The notes beneath the pieces were generated by a model. That model searched no databases and had not been told where the DNA came from. It worked only from the letters and a program-made list of their open reading frames with translations. A stretch of 64,000 nucleotides of DNA from Verrucomicrobiia bacterium. Its GTDB lineage: Bacteria > Omnitrophota > Omnitrophia > Omnitrophales > Aquincolibacteriaceae. The translations under genes were made by a program, and so were the position numbers. Location: contig DATJFP010000026.1 of assembly GCA_035495615.1 (NCBI GenBank), positions 15,635 to 79,634 on the forward strand. The letters are read 5' to 3'. Within the stretch, counting starts at the first letter, position 1; every line of letters begins with the position of its first letter. Positions 38,655 to 46,045 of this stretch are shown in pieces.

Positions 38655-39728
38655 ATGCAGAGACAAGACTCGCCGATCAAATATCATTTTATCTGGCACG
38701 GTTATGCCCAGAGCCTTCTCATGGTGGTTCTGGTCACGCTTGGCGGGGAACTACTCAAGCGCACGATCGAGCCCATCAACCTTATCATGTTCTATCTTTT
38801 GGCCGTGATCGTCGCGGGCATCCGCTGGGGCCACGGCCCCGCTGTCCTGACTTCCGTTCTGAGCGTGCTTGCCTTTGATTTTTTTCTCATCCCTCCCTAT
38901 CTGACTTTCGGCGTCGAAGATTTCCAGTACGTCTTTACCTTCGCGGGTTTTCTCATTGTAGGTCTGATCACAAGCGAACTGATGACAAAAACAAAGGAGC
39001 AGGCGCGCAAAGCGCGGCAATTGGAACTGCTTCGAGCGACAAAAAAACTGCAGACAGCGCTCCTCAATTCAGTCTCGCACGACTTGCGCACGCCGCTGGC
39101 TTCGATCATCGGATCCATCAGCATGCTCCTGCAAGACGAGCCTTCCCTCGCCGAAGAAACCATAAAGGGGCTGCTCCGGGACGCCTATGGGGAATCGCTG
39201 CGCTTGAATCGCTTGGTCGGGAACCTCCTCGACATGACGCGGCTTGAAGCCGGCGCTCTGAATCTTTCTTTTAAATCCTGCGATTTAAGAGACGTGCTCG
39301 GCGTGGCTTTGCAGGAGCTCGCCGACAAATTGGAGCAGCGCCGAATTAAAACCCAGATCCCTCACGACCTCCCGGAAATCAGCGCGGACTTTTCTTTGAT
39401 CATGAAGGTGCTCGTGAATTTAATCGATAATGCGGCGAAATATTCGTCTGAGGACACACCGATCCGCATTGCCGCCAAAACGCAGGGCGACCGGATTAAA
39501 ATTGAAATCATGGACGAGGGAATTGGAATTGCCCCCAAAGACTTGAAACCTATCTTCGACAAATTTTACCGCGCTTCCCATCCGTCGACGGTCGAGGGTC
39601 TCGGGCTTGGGCTCTCGATAGCGAAAGGAATCGTGGAGGCGCATCATGGCGAAATCTGGGCGGAAAGCGGCGCGGGAAAAGGGACGACATTCGTCGTGCT
39701 TTTGCCTTACTCCAAGGAGACCGCATGA
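38655..39728 (+). CDS. sensor histidine kinase, KdpD C-terminal type (pair 2, paralog of 37405-38541)
   Basis: LAFDFFLIPPYLTFGVEDFQYVFTFAGFLIVG TM block. LLNSVSHDLRTPL H-box. About 50% identical to the divergent paralog. Confidence 0.8.
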   Translation: MQRQDSPIKYHFIWHGYAQSLLMVVLVTLGGELLKRTIEPINLIMFYLLAVIVAGIRWGHGPAVLTSVLSVLAFDFFLIPPYLTFGVEDFQYVFTFAGFLIVGLITSELMTKTKEQARKARQLELLRATKKLQTALLNSVSHDLRTPLASIIGSISMLLQDEPSLAEETIKGLLRDAYGESLRLNRLVGNLLDMTRLEAGALNLSFKSCDLRDVLGVALQELADKLEQRRIKTQIPHDLPEISADFSLIMKVLVNLIDNAAKYSSEDTPIRIAAKTQGDRIKIEIMDEGIGIAPKDLKPIFDKFYRASHPSTVEGLGLGLSIAKGIVEAHHGEIWAESGAGKGTTFVVLLPYSKETA

Positions 39729-40426
39729 AGGAGCAGCACGCCTTGCGCGCGTTGATTGTCGATGACGAGAAGGCCTTGCGCCGTTTTCTCAAGACCGCAC
39801 TGTCGTCCCACGGCTATCAAGTGTTCGAAGCCGGCAACGGCCTAGAGGCCCTCGAAGAATCCGTATCCTGCCATCCCGACGTCATCATCATCGACCTGGG
39901 CCTGCCCGACAAGGACGGCATCGAGGTCACGCGCGAGATCCGCCGGCGCACGAAGACGCCCATCATCATTTTGTCGGTGCGCGACCGCGAAGAGGACAAA
40001 ATCCAGGCGCTCGACGCGGGCGCGGACGACTACCTCACCAAGCCTTTCAGCGCAGGCGAATTGATGGCGCGTCTGCGGGCCGTCATCCGCCGCCTAGTTC
40101 CGCAAAACGAAACCACATTTTTTAAAGCCGGCAAATTAGCGATCGATATCGGCAAGCACACGGTGGAATTAAACGGCCGCGCCCTCCAGCTCTCGCCGAC
40201 CGAATTCGACATCGTTAAAGTGCTGGTCATGAACGCCGGAAAAGTCGTGACTCAAAAGCAGATCTTGAAAGAAGTCTGGAACAAAACCGAAGAAATGGAA
40301 GGGGCTTCCCATCTTCTCCGCGTCACCATCAGCAATCTGCGCAACAAAATCGAGCCCAATCCCGACCGTCCCACCTATCTTCTCACCGAGCCGGGCGTGG
40401 GATACCGCCTTCATACCGAAGATTGA
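39725..40426 (+). CDS. OmpR-family response regulator, KdpE-like (pair 2)
   Basis: ALIVDDEKALRRFL...DLGLPDKDG...DYLTKPF receiver. LSPTEFDIVKVL...GVGYRL winged helix. ATGA overlap with upstream kinase. Confidence 0.85.
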   Translation: MKEQHALRALIVDDEKALRRFLKTALSSHGYQVFEAGNGLEALEESVSCHPDVIIIDLGLPDKDGIEVTREIRRRTKTPIIILSVRDREEDKIQALDAGADDYLTKPFSAGELMARLRAVIRRLVPQNETTFFKAGKLAIDIGKHTVELNGRALQLSPTEFDIVKVLVMNAGKVVTQKQILKEVWNKTEEMEGASHLLRVTISNLRNKIEPNPDRPTYLLTEPGVGYRLHTED

Positions 40427-40459
40427 TTTGAAAGATTTTCCGCTTACCCATTTCCTCTT

Positions 40460-40504
40460 TTGACTCTCTTTTGACTTGGCCTTCCTTTGCCTCACGGCTA
40501 TCTT
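40460..40504 (+). promoter_or_regulatory. activator-type promoter: 11-bp-phased direct repeat TTGACTC-N4-TTGACTT, then TATCTT -10 element 22 nt downstream, no canonical -35
   Basis: Same architecture with identical spacings recurs at 43682-43726, upstream of the second riboswitch. Confidence 0.35.
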
Positions 40505-40514
40505 TTGCATAGAT

Positions 40515-40695
40515 CGAACAAGCCGAATCCGGATGACGGATCGGGGGACCCAGAGAAGGCTCCGGAGCTCGATGCTTCGGGGCGATAAGCAGCTCGAAAC
40601 TTGGTGTTTTTAGCTATCGGGGCGAATCACTGCAAAGTGAAAGGTTTCCACTCGACCTTAGCCCGACAGCTAACCCCGTAGGCGAAACGGAGAGA
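40515..40695 (+). promoter_or_regulatory. c-di-AMP riboswitch (ydaO/kimA class) in leader of ptsN-like/kimA operon
   Basis: GAAUCCGGAUGACGGAUCGGGGGACCCAG ... GGGGCGAAUC ... GUUUCCACUC ... AGCCCGACAGCUAACCCCGUAGGCGAAACGGAGAG. Conserved blocks remembered from the ydaO motif (GAAUC, ACGG..GGGGGACCCA, GGGGxGAAUC, CCCGAAGG-GCAA-like 3' end). Confidence 0.75.
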
Positions 40696-40796
40696 ACTGT
40701 GCACCGCATTTTCGAACCGCGCTTTTCAATCCTTTCCGTTTCCCCTGGTTTCACCGCCGAAGCGTTCCGCGCAGACGGGCTTTCAAGGAGGACGCC

Positions 40797-41381
40797 ATGG
40801 TTTCACTCATCGTGTTAGGAGGAGCAAAAATGCTGTCGTTTCGAAAGCAAAGGCAGGAAACATCATTAAGGCGCGGGCAGGCCGCCGCGAATCAGAGCTT
40901 AGGCCAAGCGGCGTTAAAAATTTCCGACTACCTGACGTCCGAACAGATTTGTTTTTTCCCCGAGGGAACAAACGCGCTCAGGGTATTCTCGGATTTGATA
41001 GGCACTCTCTCGATACCAAACCGGGAGTTCGCTTTGGAAGCCGTTCTTCGCAGGGAACAAGTCGGCGGGACGATCGTGGCTCCGGGAATCGCGCTTCCCC
41101 ATGCTCGGATTGACGGCACGGACCGGTTGCATTCGGCTCTCGCTCTTTGCCCAAGCGGTATCAAGCTCAGCGAAGACGAACCGGCGATCCGCCTGCTCCT
41201 CCTTTTTGTCAGCCCTTTTACCGAACTGAAAAACCACTTACGCTTTCTGGCCGCGGCAGCAGCTTTATTTCAAGACGAAATGCTTTGCGGCGACATGATC
41301 GCGCTGAAGTCGAGCGATGCCATTTTGGAAAAACTAAAACACAAAGAAATGAAAACCCATGCCGAACATTCCACAAAATAA
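40797..41381 (+). CDS. PTS EIIA type-2 protein, EIIA(Ntr)/PtsN-like
   Basis: ALEAVLRREQVGGTIVAPGIALPHARIDG...LLLLFVSPFTELKNHLRFL aligns with E. coli PtsN around the phosphorylatable His (GIAIPHG). AGGAGG RBS 7 nt upstream. Confidence 0.75.
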   Translation: MVSLIVLGGAKMLSFRKQRQETSLRRGQAAANQSLGQAALKISDYLTSEQICFFPEGTNALRVFSDLIGTLSIPNREFALEAVLRREQVGGTIVAPGIALPHARIDGTDRLHSALALCPSGIKLSEDEPAIRLLLLFVSPFTELKNHLRFLAAAAALFQDEMLCGDMIALKSSDAILEKLKHKEMKTHAEHSTK

Positions 41382-43389
41382 GTCGGTCCCTCGAAACGTC
41401 GTCATTGTGACGACCGCCATGCTGAGCTTTATCAGTTTCTGGCGGGCCGCCGCGATCGTGCTTTGCGATATTGCCTCCACGGTTTATTACATCGGCGGCA
41501 TTGCCGAGCATGCCATCGGAAAAGCCGCTCCGTGGTTTATTTTGGGCGTGATGCTCTTTTCCTACACGGTACGCGCCATTTACATCGAGTCTTGCGGCAT
41601 GTTTGTCCGCGGCGGCGTATACCGCGTCGTCAAGGAGGCTATGGGAGGAACGCTCGCCAAACTTTCCGTCTCGGCCCTGATGTTTGACTATGTCTTGACC
41701 GGGCCCATCAGCGCGGTTTCGGCAGGCCAATACATGGTCGGCCTTTTGAACACGACGTTTCCACACTTCGGCTTACCGTGGCATTTTCGCGCTGATATTT
41801 TTTCCGTTTTGTTCGCCGTCGCCGTCACGCTCTATTTCTGGTGGGAAAACGTTAAAGGCATTCCCGAGTCGAGCGACAAAGCCCTCAAAATCATGATCGC
41901 CACGACGATCATGGGCATCACCATGATCATTTGGAGCGTGACGACGCTCCTCGTGCGAGGCATCCACTGGCCCCCTTTCACTCCCGTCTTTAACGAAGAC
42001 TCGCTGGGCTGGCTGTATTCTCTGAAAGACAAGATCAAACCTCTGGGCGTCCTCGGCCTCACCATCGCCTTCGGCCATTCGCTGCTCGCCATGTCCGGCG
42101 AAGAATCCCTTGCCCAGGTCTACCGGGAAATCAAAGCGCCCAAGCTCAAGAATCTCGAAAAAGCAGCCTTCATCGTCTTTCTCTACAGCATGCTGTTGAC
42201 CACGCTGGGAAGTTTTTTCGCGATCATGATCATTCCCGATTCCGTGCGCATGAGCCAATACTCCGACAATCTGATAAGCGGCCTTGCGATGTATTTCGTC
42301 GGCCCGCTCCAACTCAGACTCCTTTATCAAGCCTTCGTGGTCTTCGTCGGATTTTTAATTCTTGCCGGCGCGGTGAATACGTCCATTATCGGGTCGAACG
42401 GGGTCCTCAATCGGCTGGGAGAAGACGGCATCCTGCCCGAGTTCCTCAGAAAGCCTCATGCCCGTTTCGGCACGTCTTCGCGGCTCATCAATATGACAGT
42501 AGGACTTCAACTGCTGACGATCGTACTCTGCCGGGGGAATATTTACGTGCTCGGTGAGGCCTATGCCTTCGGCGTCATCTGGAGCTTCGTATTCAAGGCC
42601 CTGGCCGTCCTCATCCTCCGCTATAAAGACAAGATGCCGCGCGAATGGAAAGTGCCCTTGAATATCAAAATCAAAGGCCTGGAATTCCCGGTCGGAATCG
42701 CCGCTATTTTTCTGATCCTTCTCCTTACCGCCAGCGCGAACCTTGTGACGAAAAAGGTCGCCACAATTTCCGGCTCCCTTTTTGCCCTTGTCTTTTTTGC
42801 CGTATTTGTGGCTTCGGAAAAGATCAACAAGCGGAAGCATCATGCCCTTCATGGCCAGCATGACATTCACGCGGGCCACATCGACCGGGTCAATCTGAAT
42901 GAGATCGAAAATCTCAGCCCCGAAAGTTGCGGCTGCACGAAACCCCGAAGGGTCATTGTTGCCGTACGAGGCCCGCACAGCCTCAGCCATCTCGAAAAAA
43001 CGCTCCATCAGATCCATCCGGAAGACACCGATGTCGTGGTGCTGACTTCGAAAGTCGGCAAGGGCTACCAGTTGGAAGGCGATTTGAGCCGTGTCGCGCC
43101 GGAGGAAGAAAAGCTCTTTACCCGCGTGATTGAAGTGGCAGAGAAAGTCGGCCGAACCGTCATCCTGCTGTCGGTCCCGACGAACGATCCTTACTACGTG
43201 ATGGCGCGCATCGCGCACGAGTTAAAAGCGCAGGAACTCGTGGTCGGAAAATCTGAAAAATTTTCCCCCGAAGTTCAGATGGAGGAAATCGCGATTGCCT
43301 GGGGCGCCGTGACGCCGCCGCGCCAGCATGTGCCGCCTCTGATGATTCGGATTCTGTGGGATGGGAAAGAAATGACCGAAATGTTCTAA
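41359..43389 (+). CDS. kimA: KimA-family K+ importer (APC superfamily) with C-terminal cytoplasmic Usp-like domain
   Basis: 676 aa, 12-TM APC fold. SGEESLAQV region corresponds to KimA SGVEAISN. C-terminal RRVIVAVRGPHSLSHLEK...VVVLTS...VILLSVP resembles the B. subtilis KimA cytoplasmic domain. Preceded by ydaO-class riboswitch. Confidence 0.75.
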   Translation: MPNIPQNKSVPRNVVIVTTAMLSFISFWRAAAIVLCDIASTVYYIGGIAEHAIGKAAPWFILGVMLFSYTVRAIYIESCGMFVRGGVYRVVKEAMGGTLAKLSVSALMFDYVLTGPISAVSAGQYMVGLLNTTFPHFGLPWHFRADIFSVLFAVAVTLYFWWENVKGIPESSDKALKIMIATTIMGITMIIWSVTTLLVRGIHWPPFTPVFNEDSLGWLYSLKDKIKPLGVLGLTIAFGHSLLAMSGEESLAQVYREIKAPKLKNLEKAAFIVFLYSMLLTTLGSFFAIMIIPDSVRMSQYSDNLISGLAMYFVGPLQLRLLYQAFVVFVGFLILAGAVNTSIIGSNGVLNRLGEDGILPEFLRKPHARFGTSSRLINMTVGLQLLTIVLCRGNIYVLGEAYAFGVIWSFVFKALAVLILRYKDKMPREWKVPLNIKIKGLEFPVGIAAIFLILLLTASANLVTKKVATISGSLFALVFFAVFVASEKINKRKHHALHGQHDIHAGHIDRVNLNEIENLSPESCGCTKPRRVIVAVRGPHSLSHLEKTLHQIHPEDTDVVVLTSKVGKGYQLEGDLSRVAPEEEKLFTRVIEVAEKVGRTVILLSVPTNDPYYVMARIAHELKAQELVVGKSEKFSPEVQMEEIAIAWGAVTPPRQHVPPLMIRILWDGKEMTEMF

Positions 43390-43400
43390 GCGAGAAAAGG

Positions 43401-43685
43401 ATGGATTTCTTTTTAAAATTCACTCTCATCTCTTATGCCTCGATTTTCTTTTTCACACTGGGATTGCGCCTGGCTGTTTCCAGCGAATTGGACTTGCGGG
43501 TCATCCAACTTTTTCTTATTTTTGCCGCTGTCTCGCTTCCTTTGTCTCTGACCTTCAAATCCCAGCCTTTGTATAGCCGTTTTCTGATGTCCCTGACCTG
43601 CACCTCCCTCATTCTGACCGGTTTCCGTTTCGGCAGGAAAATAAAGCGTTTGGGTGAAGAAAATCCCCTCAAACGTCATTTTTGA
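43401..43685 (+). CDS. small 3-TM membrane protein ending ...GFRFGRKIKRLG (paralog of 45622-45891)
   Basis: 94 aa. RBS GAAAAGG. Shares FFLxFxLxSYAxIFFFxxGL...FKSxPL...GFRFGRKI with the ORF following the second kimA. Confidence 0.5.
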   Translation: MDFFLKFTLISYASIFFFTLGLRLAVSSELDLRVIQLFLIFAAVSLPLSLTFKSQPLYSRFLMSLTCTSLILTGFRFGRKIKRLGEENPLKRHF

Positions 43686-43736
43686 CTCGTTTTTGACTCG
43701 TCCAATGCCCTCTCCCCGAGTATTTTGTCACGATTA

Positions 43737-43880
43737 ACGACAAGCCGAATCCCGACAGGGATCGGGGGACCCGATAAAGCGGCTCTCAAAGTTTTGAGCC
43801 ATGGGCGAATCCGCCGGAGCGCGGAGAGGTTTCCACTCAACCTCAGCCCGTCAGCTAACCCCGAAGGCGCAACGGAGAGG
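43737..43880 (+). promoter_or_regulatory. c-di-AMP riboswitch (ydaO/kimA class), second copy, abutting the kimA2 start codon
   Basis: ACAAGCCGAAUCCCGACAGGGAUCGGGGGACCCGA ... GGGCGAAUCC ... GUUUCCACUC ... AGCCCGUCAGCUAACCCCGAAGGCGCAACGGAGAGG. Co-linear with the first copy. The conserved 3' AACGGAGAGG contains the RBS for ATG at 43885. Confidence 0.75.
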
Positions 43881-43884
43881 TGTT

Positions 43885-45612
43885 ATGTCTTTGATGCTCA
43901 AAAAAGTCGATCGCCCGCGCGAATTGAAGTGGTATCAGGCGGGCGCCATGCTGTACGGCGATTGGGGAACCAGCAAGGCCTATGTGCTTGGCATCGCCTT
44001 CGCTCTTGCCGGCCACGCTTCCTGGTTTTTCCTCGGCCTCATGTCCGCGCTTACGGCCCTCATCGGCGTCTGCTACATGGTGATTTGCCGCGTGTATCCG
44101 GACGGCGGCGGCGTTTATTCTTCCGTGAAGCATCGCCACCGCCTGCTCGCGGTGATCGGCGCGTTTCTTTTGATCGCGGATTACGTGATTACCGCGTCGC
44201 TCAGCACGCTCGACGCCTTCCATTATTTCAACGCGCCGCATCCGGAAATCTGGGCCGTGGCCACGATCCTCGTCATCGGCGCCATCAACTGGCTCGGGCC
44301 CAGCAAATCCAGCACGATCGCGTCTTACATCGCCGTCGTGGCCTCGGCGGGCGCCCTGATTCTTTTCGCGGCAACCGTTCCCTCGCTCTCCCATGTGCAT
44401 CTGACCTGGCCCGGCAGCGACTGGCCCAAAAATTGGACGGTTTTCGTCGGCATCGTGCTCGCGCTTTCCGGCGTGGAAGCCATTGCCAACATGACGGGCA
44501 TCATGGAAGAGCCCGTCGAAAAAACATCCAAGCGCGCGATCTGGCCCGTGCTCCTGGAAGTTTCCGTGCTGACCTTTCTGCTTGGCATTGCCATGAATGC
44601 CATCCCGAACCTCAAAGACCATACCGAAGACATGCTCCGCGTCCTGGCCACGCATTATATCGGGCCTTGGTACGGCGCCTTCATCTCGCTCGCGTTCGGC
44701 TTCCTGCTGCTTTCGGCGACCAACACCGCCATCGGCGACCTGGTCAGCATCCAGTTTTTGATGGCCAAAGACCGCGAGCTGCCCGAAGCTTTCTCAAAGC
44801 TAAACCGCTTTGGCATGCCGGGCCTTGCGCTGATCATCGCCACGGCGATCCCCGCGGGCGTTTTAATCTTCGAGCACGATCTGGTTAAACTCGCGGCACT
44901 CTATGCCATCGGCGTGATCGGTGCCATCACGATCAATCTCGGCGCCTGCGCGACCAACTTCAAGATCCCGCTGAGCCGGAAGGAACGCATCCTCCTCGGC
45001 ATCGGCGCGGTCATCCTTTTTTTTATTGAATTGACGATCGCCTTCGAAAAGCACCACGCCCTGATTTTCGCGCTCACGGTCCTCGCGGTCGGATTGTCGC
45101 TGCGCTATGCCGCCAAGACGTTCCTGCCGATTCCGGTGCCGGCGCTTGCGCCCACGGTCAATCTGCTCACCGTTTCCGAAGCCAGAGAAATAGCGCCGCT
45201 TTACAAAAGCTCGTCGCTTGTCGCGATCCGCAGCTTTAATCCCGCGGTGCTCGACGAAGCCGCGCTGCGCGTGAAGGCCCTCAAGGAAAACGCGGTTTAT
45301 TTGAGCTACATCGAGGAAACTCCCACCGTGGCGGAATTGCCGGATGAAATCGAACCGTCCTCTCACTCCCTCGAAGTCCTGGGAGAGGCTCAGAAGGCCA
45401 TGGAGGAACGCGGGGTCACCGGCATCCCGGTCTGGCAGATCGGCGATGATCCCGGCCGCATGATCGCCAAAGCCGCGGCCGAACTTGGAGTCAATACGGT
45501 CATGATCGGGACGACGAGGCGCAGCGCGCTGGTCAACCTTCTCCGCGGCGACGTGCTGCGAACGCTCGCCCGTCATTTACCCAGAGAATGCCGCCTGGTG
45601 ATCAGCGGCTAG
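43885..45612 (+). CDS. kimA: KimA-family K+ importer, second paralog
   Basis: CYMVICRVYPDGGGVYSSVKH matches KimA YRQIIYAYPQGGGAYIVSKE. LALSGVEAIANMTG matches SGVEAISN. C-terminal Usp-like domain. Start moved from ORF-track 43801 to 43885 to clear the riboswitch. Confidence 0.8.
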   Translation: MSLMLKKVDRPRELKWYQAGAMLYGDWGTSKAYVLGIAFALAGHASWFFLGLMSALTALIGVCYMVICRVYPDGGGVYSSVKHRHRLLAVIGAFLLIADYVITASLSTLDAFHYFNAPHPEIWAVATILVIGAINWLGPSKSSTIASYIAVVASAGALILFAATVPSLSHVHLTWPGSDWPKNWTVFVGIVLALSGVEAIANMTGIMEEPVEKTSKRAIWPVLLEVSVLTFLLGIAMNAIPNLKDHTEDMLRVLATHYIGPWYGAFISLAFGFLLLSATNTAIGDLVSIQFLMAKDRELPEAFSKLNRFGMPGLALIIATAIPAGVLIFEHDLVKLAALYAIGVIGAITINLGACATNFKIPLSRKERILLGIGAVILFFIELTIAFEKHHALIFALTVLAVGLSLRYAAKTFLPIPVPALAPTVNLLTVSEAREIAPLYKSSSLVAIRSFNPAVLDEAALRVKALKENAVYLSYIEETPTVAELPDEIEPSSHSLEVLGEAQKAMEERGVTGIPVWQIGDDPGRMIAKAAAELGVNTVMIGTTRRSALVNLLRGDVLRTLARHLPRECRLVISG

Positions 45613-45621
45613 AGGTTCGAA

Positions 45622-45891
45622 ATGCCGGTTTCGAATATCGCTTTCTTCCTGAGGTTTGGGCTCACCTCGTATGCCGCCATTTTCTTCTTTGCCGCGGGGC
45701 TCGGGTTTGCCTTGTCTTATGCCGGCAGCCTGAAACACACGGATTTCGGCCTGCTTTTTTTCTTCATGGCCGCGGCCCTGTGTTTCAGTTTCAAGTCCGA
45801 ACCCCTTCAAGGCCGCCTGATCATCGCCGCCATCTGGGCCTCGATCGTTTGGGCCGGCTTCCGCTTCGGCCGGAAGATCCGGATGCGCTGA
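45622..45891 (+). CDS. small 3-TM membrane protein ending ...GFRFGRKIRMR (paralog of 43401-43685)
   Basis: 89 aa. RBS AGAGG. Conserved blocks shared with 43401-43685. Confidence 0.5.
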   Translation: MPVSNIAFFLRFGLTSYAAIFFFAAGLGFALSYAGSLKHTDFGLLFFFMAAALCFSFKSEPLQGRLIIAAIWASIVWAGFRFGRKIRMR

Positions 45892-45934
45892 TTTCCCTTC
45901 CCGCCTCGCTTCCTTCCTAAATACAGAGCACACG

Positions 45935-45962
45935 TTGCATTACGCCAAAATTTGTGTACAAT
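45935..45962 (+). promoter_or_regulatory. sigma70-type promoter (TTGCAT-16-TACAAT) for the flippase-like gene
   Basis: Near-consensus hexamers about 85 nt upstream of ATG at 46046. Confidence 0.4.
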
Positions 45963-46045
45963 CATACTTTCTCTGGTAGCGTTCCGGCTCAGGCCGGGAT
46001 TCCAGACACCGATTCAGGACTTGATGCGAGCCCAATAAGAACTCG

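Noticed and set aside
43801-43884. Upstream start (43801) for the second kimA giving a 603-aa protein.
   Set aside because: The extra 28 codons would lie inside the conserved riboswitch aptamer. The Met at 43885 is preceded by GGAGAGG and begins the region homologous to KimA.
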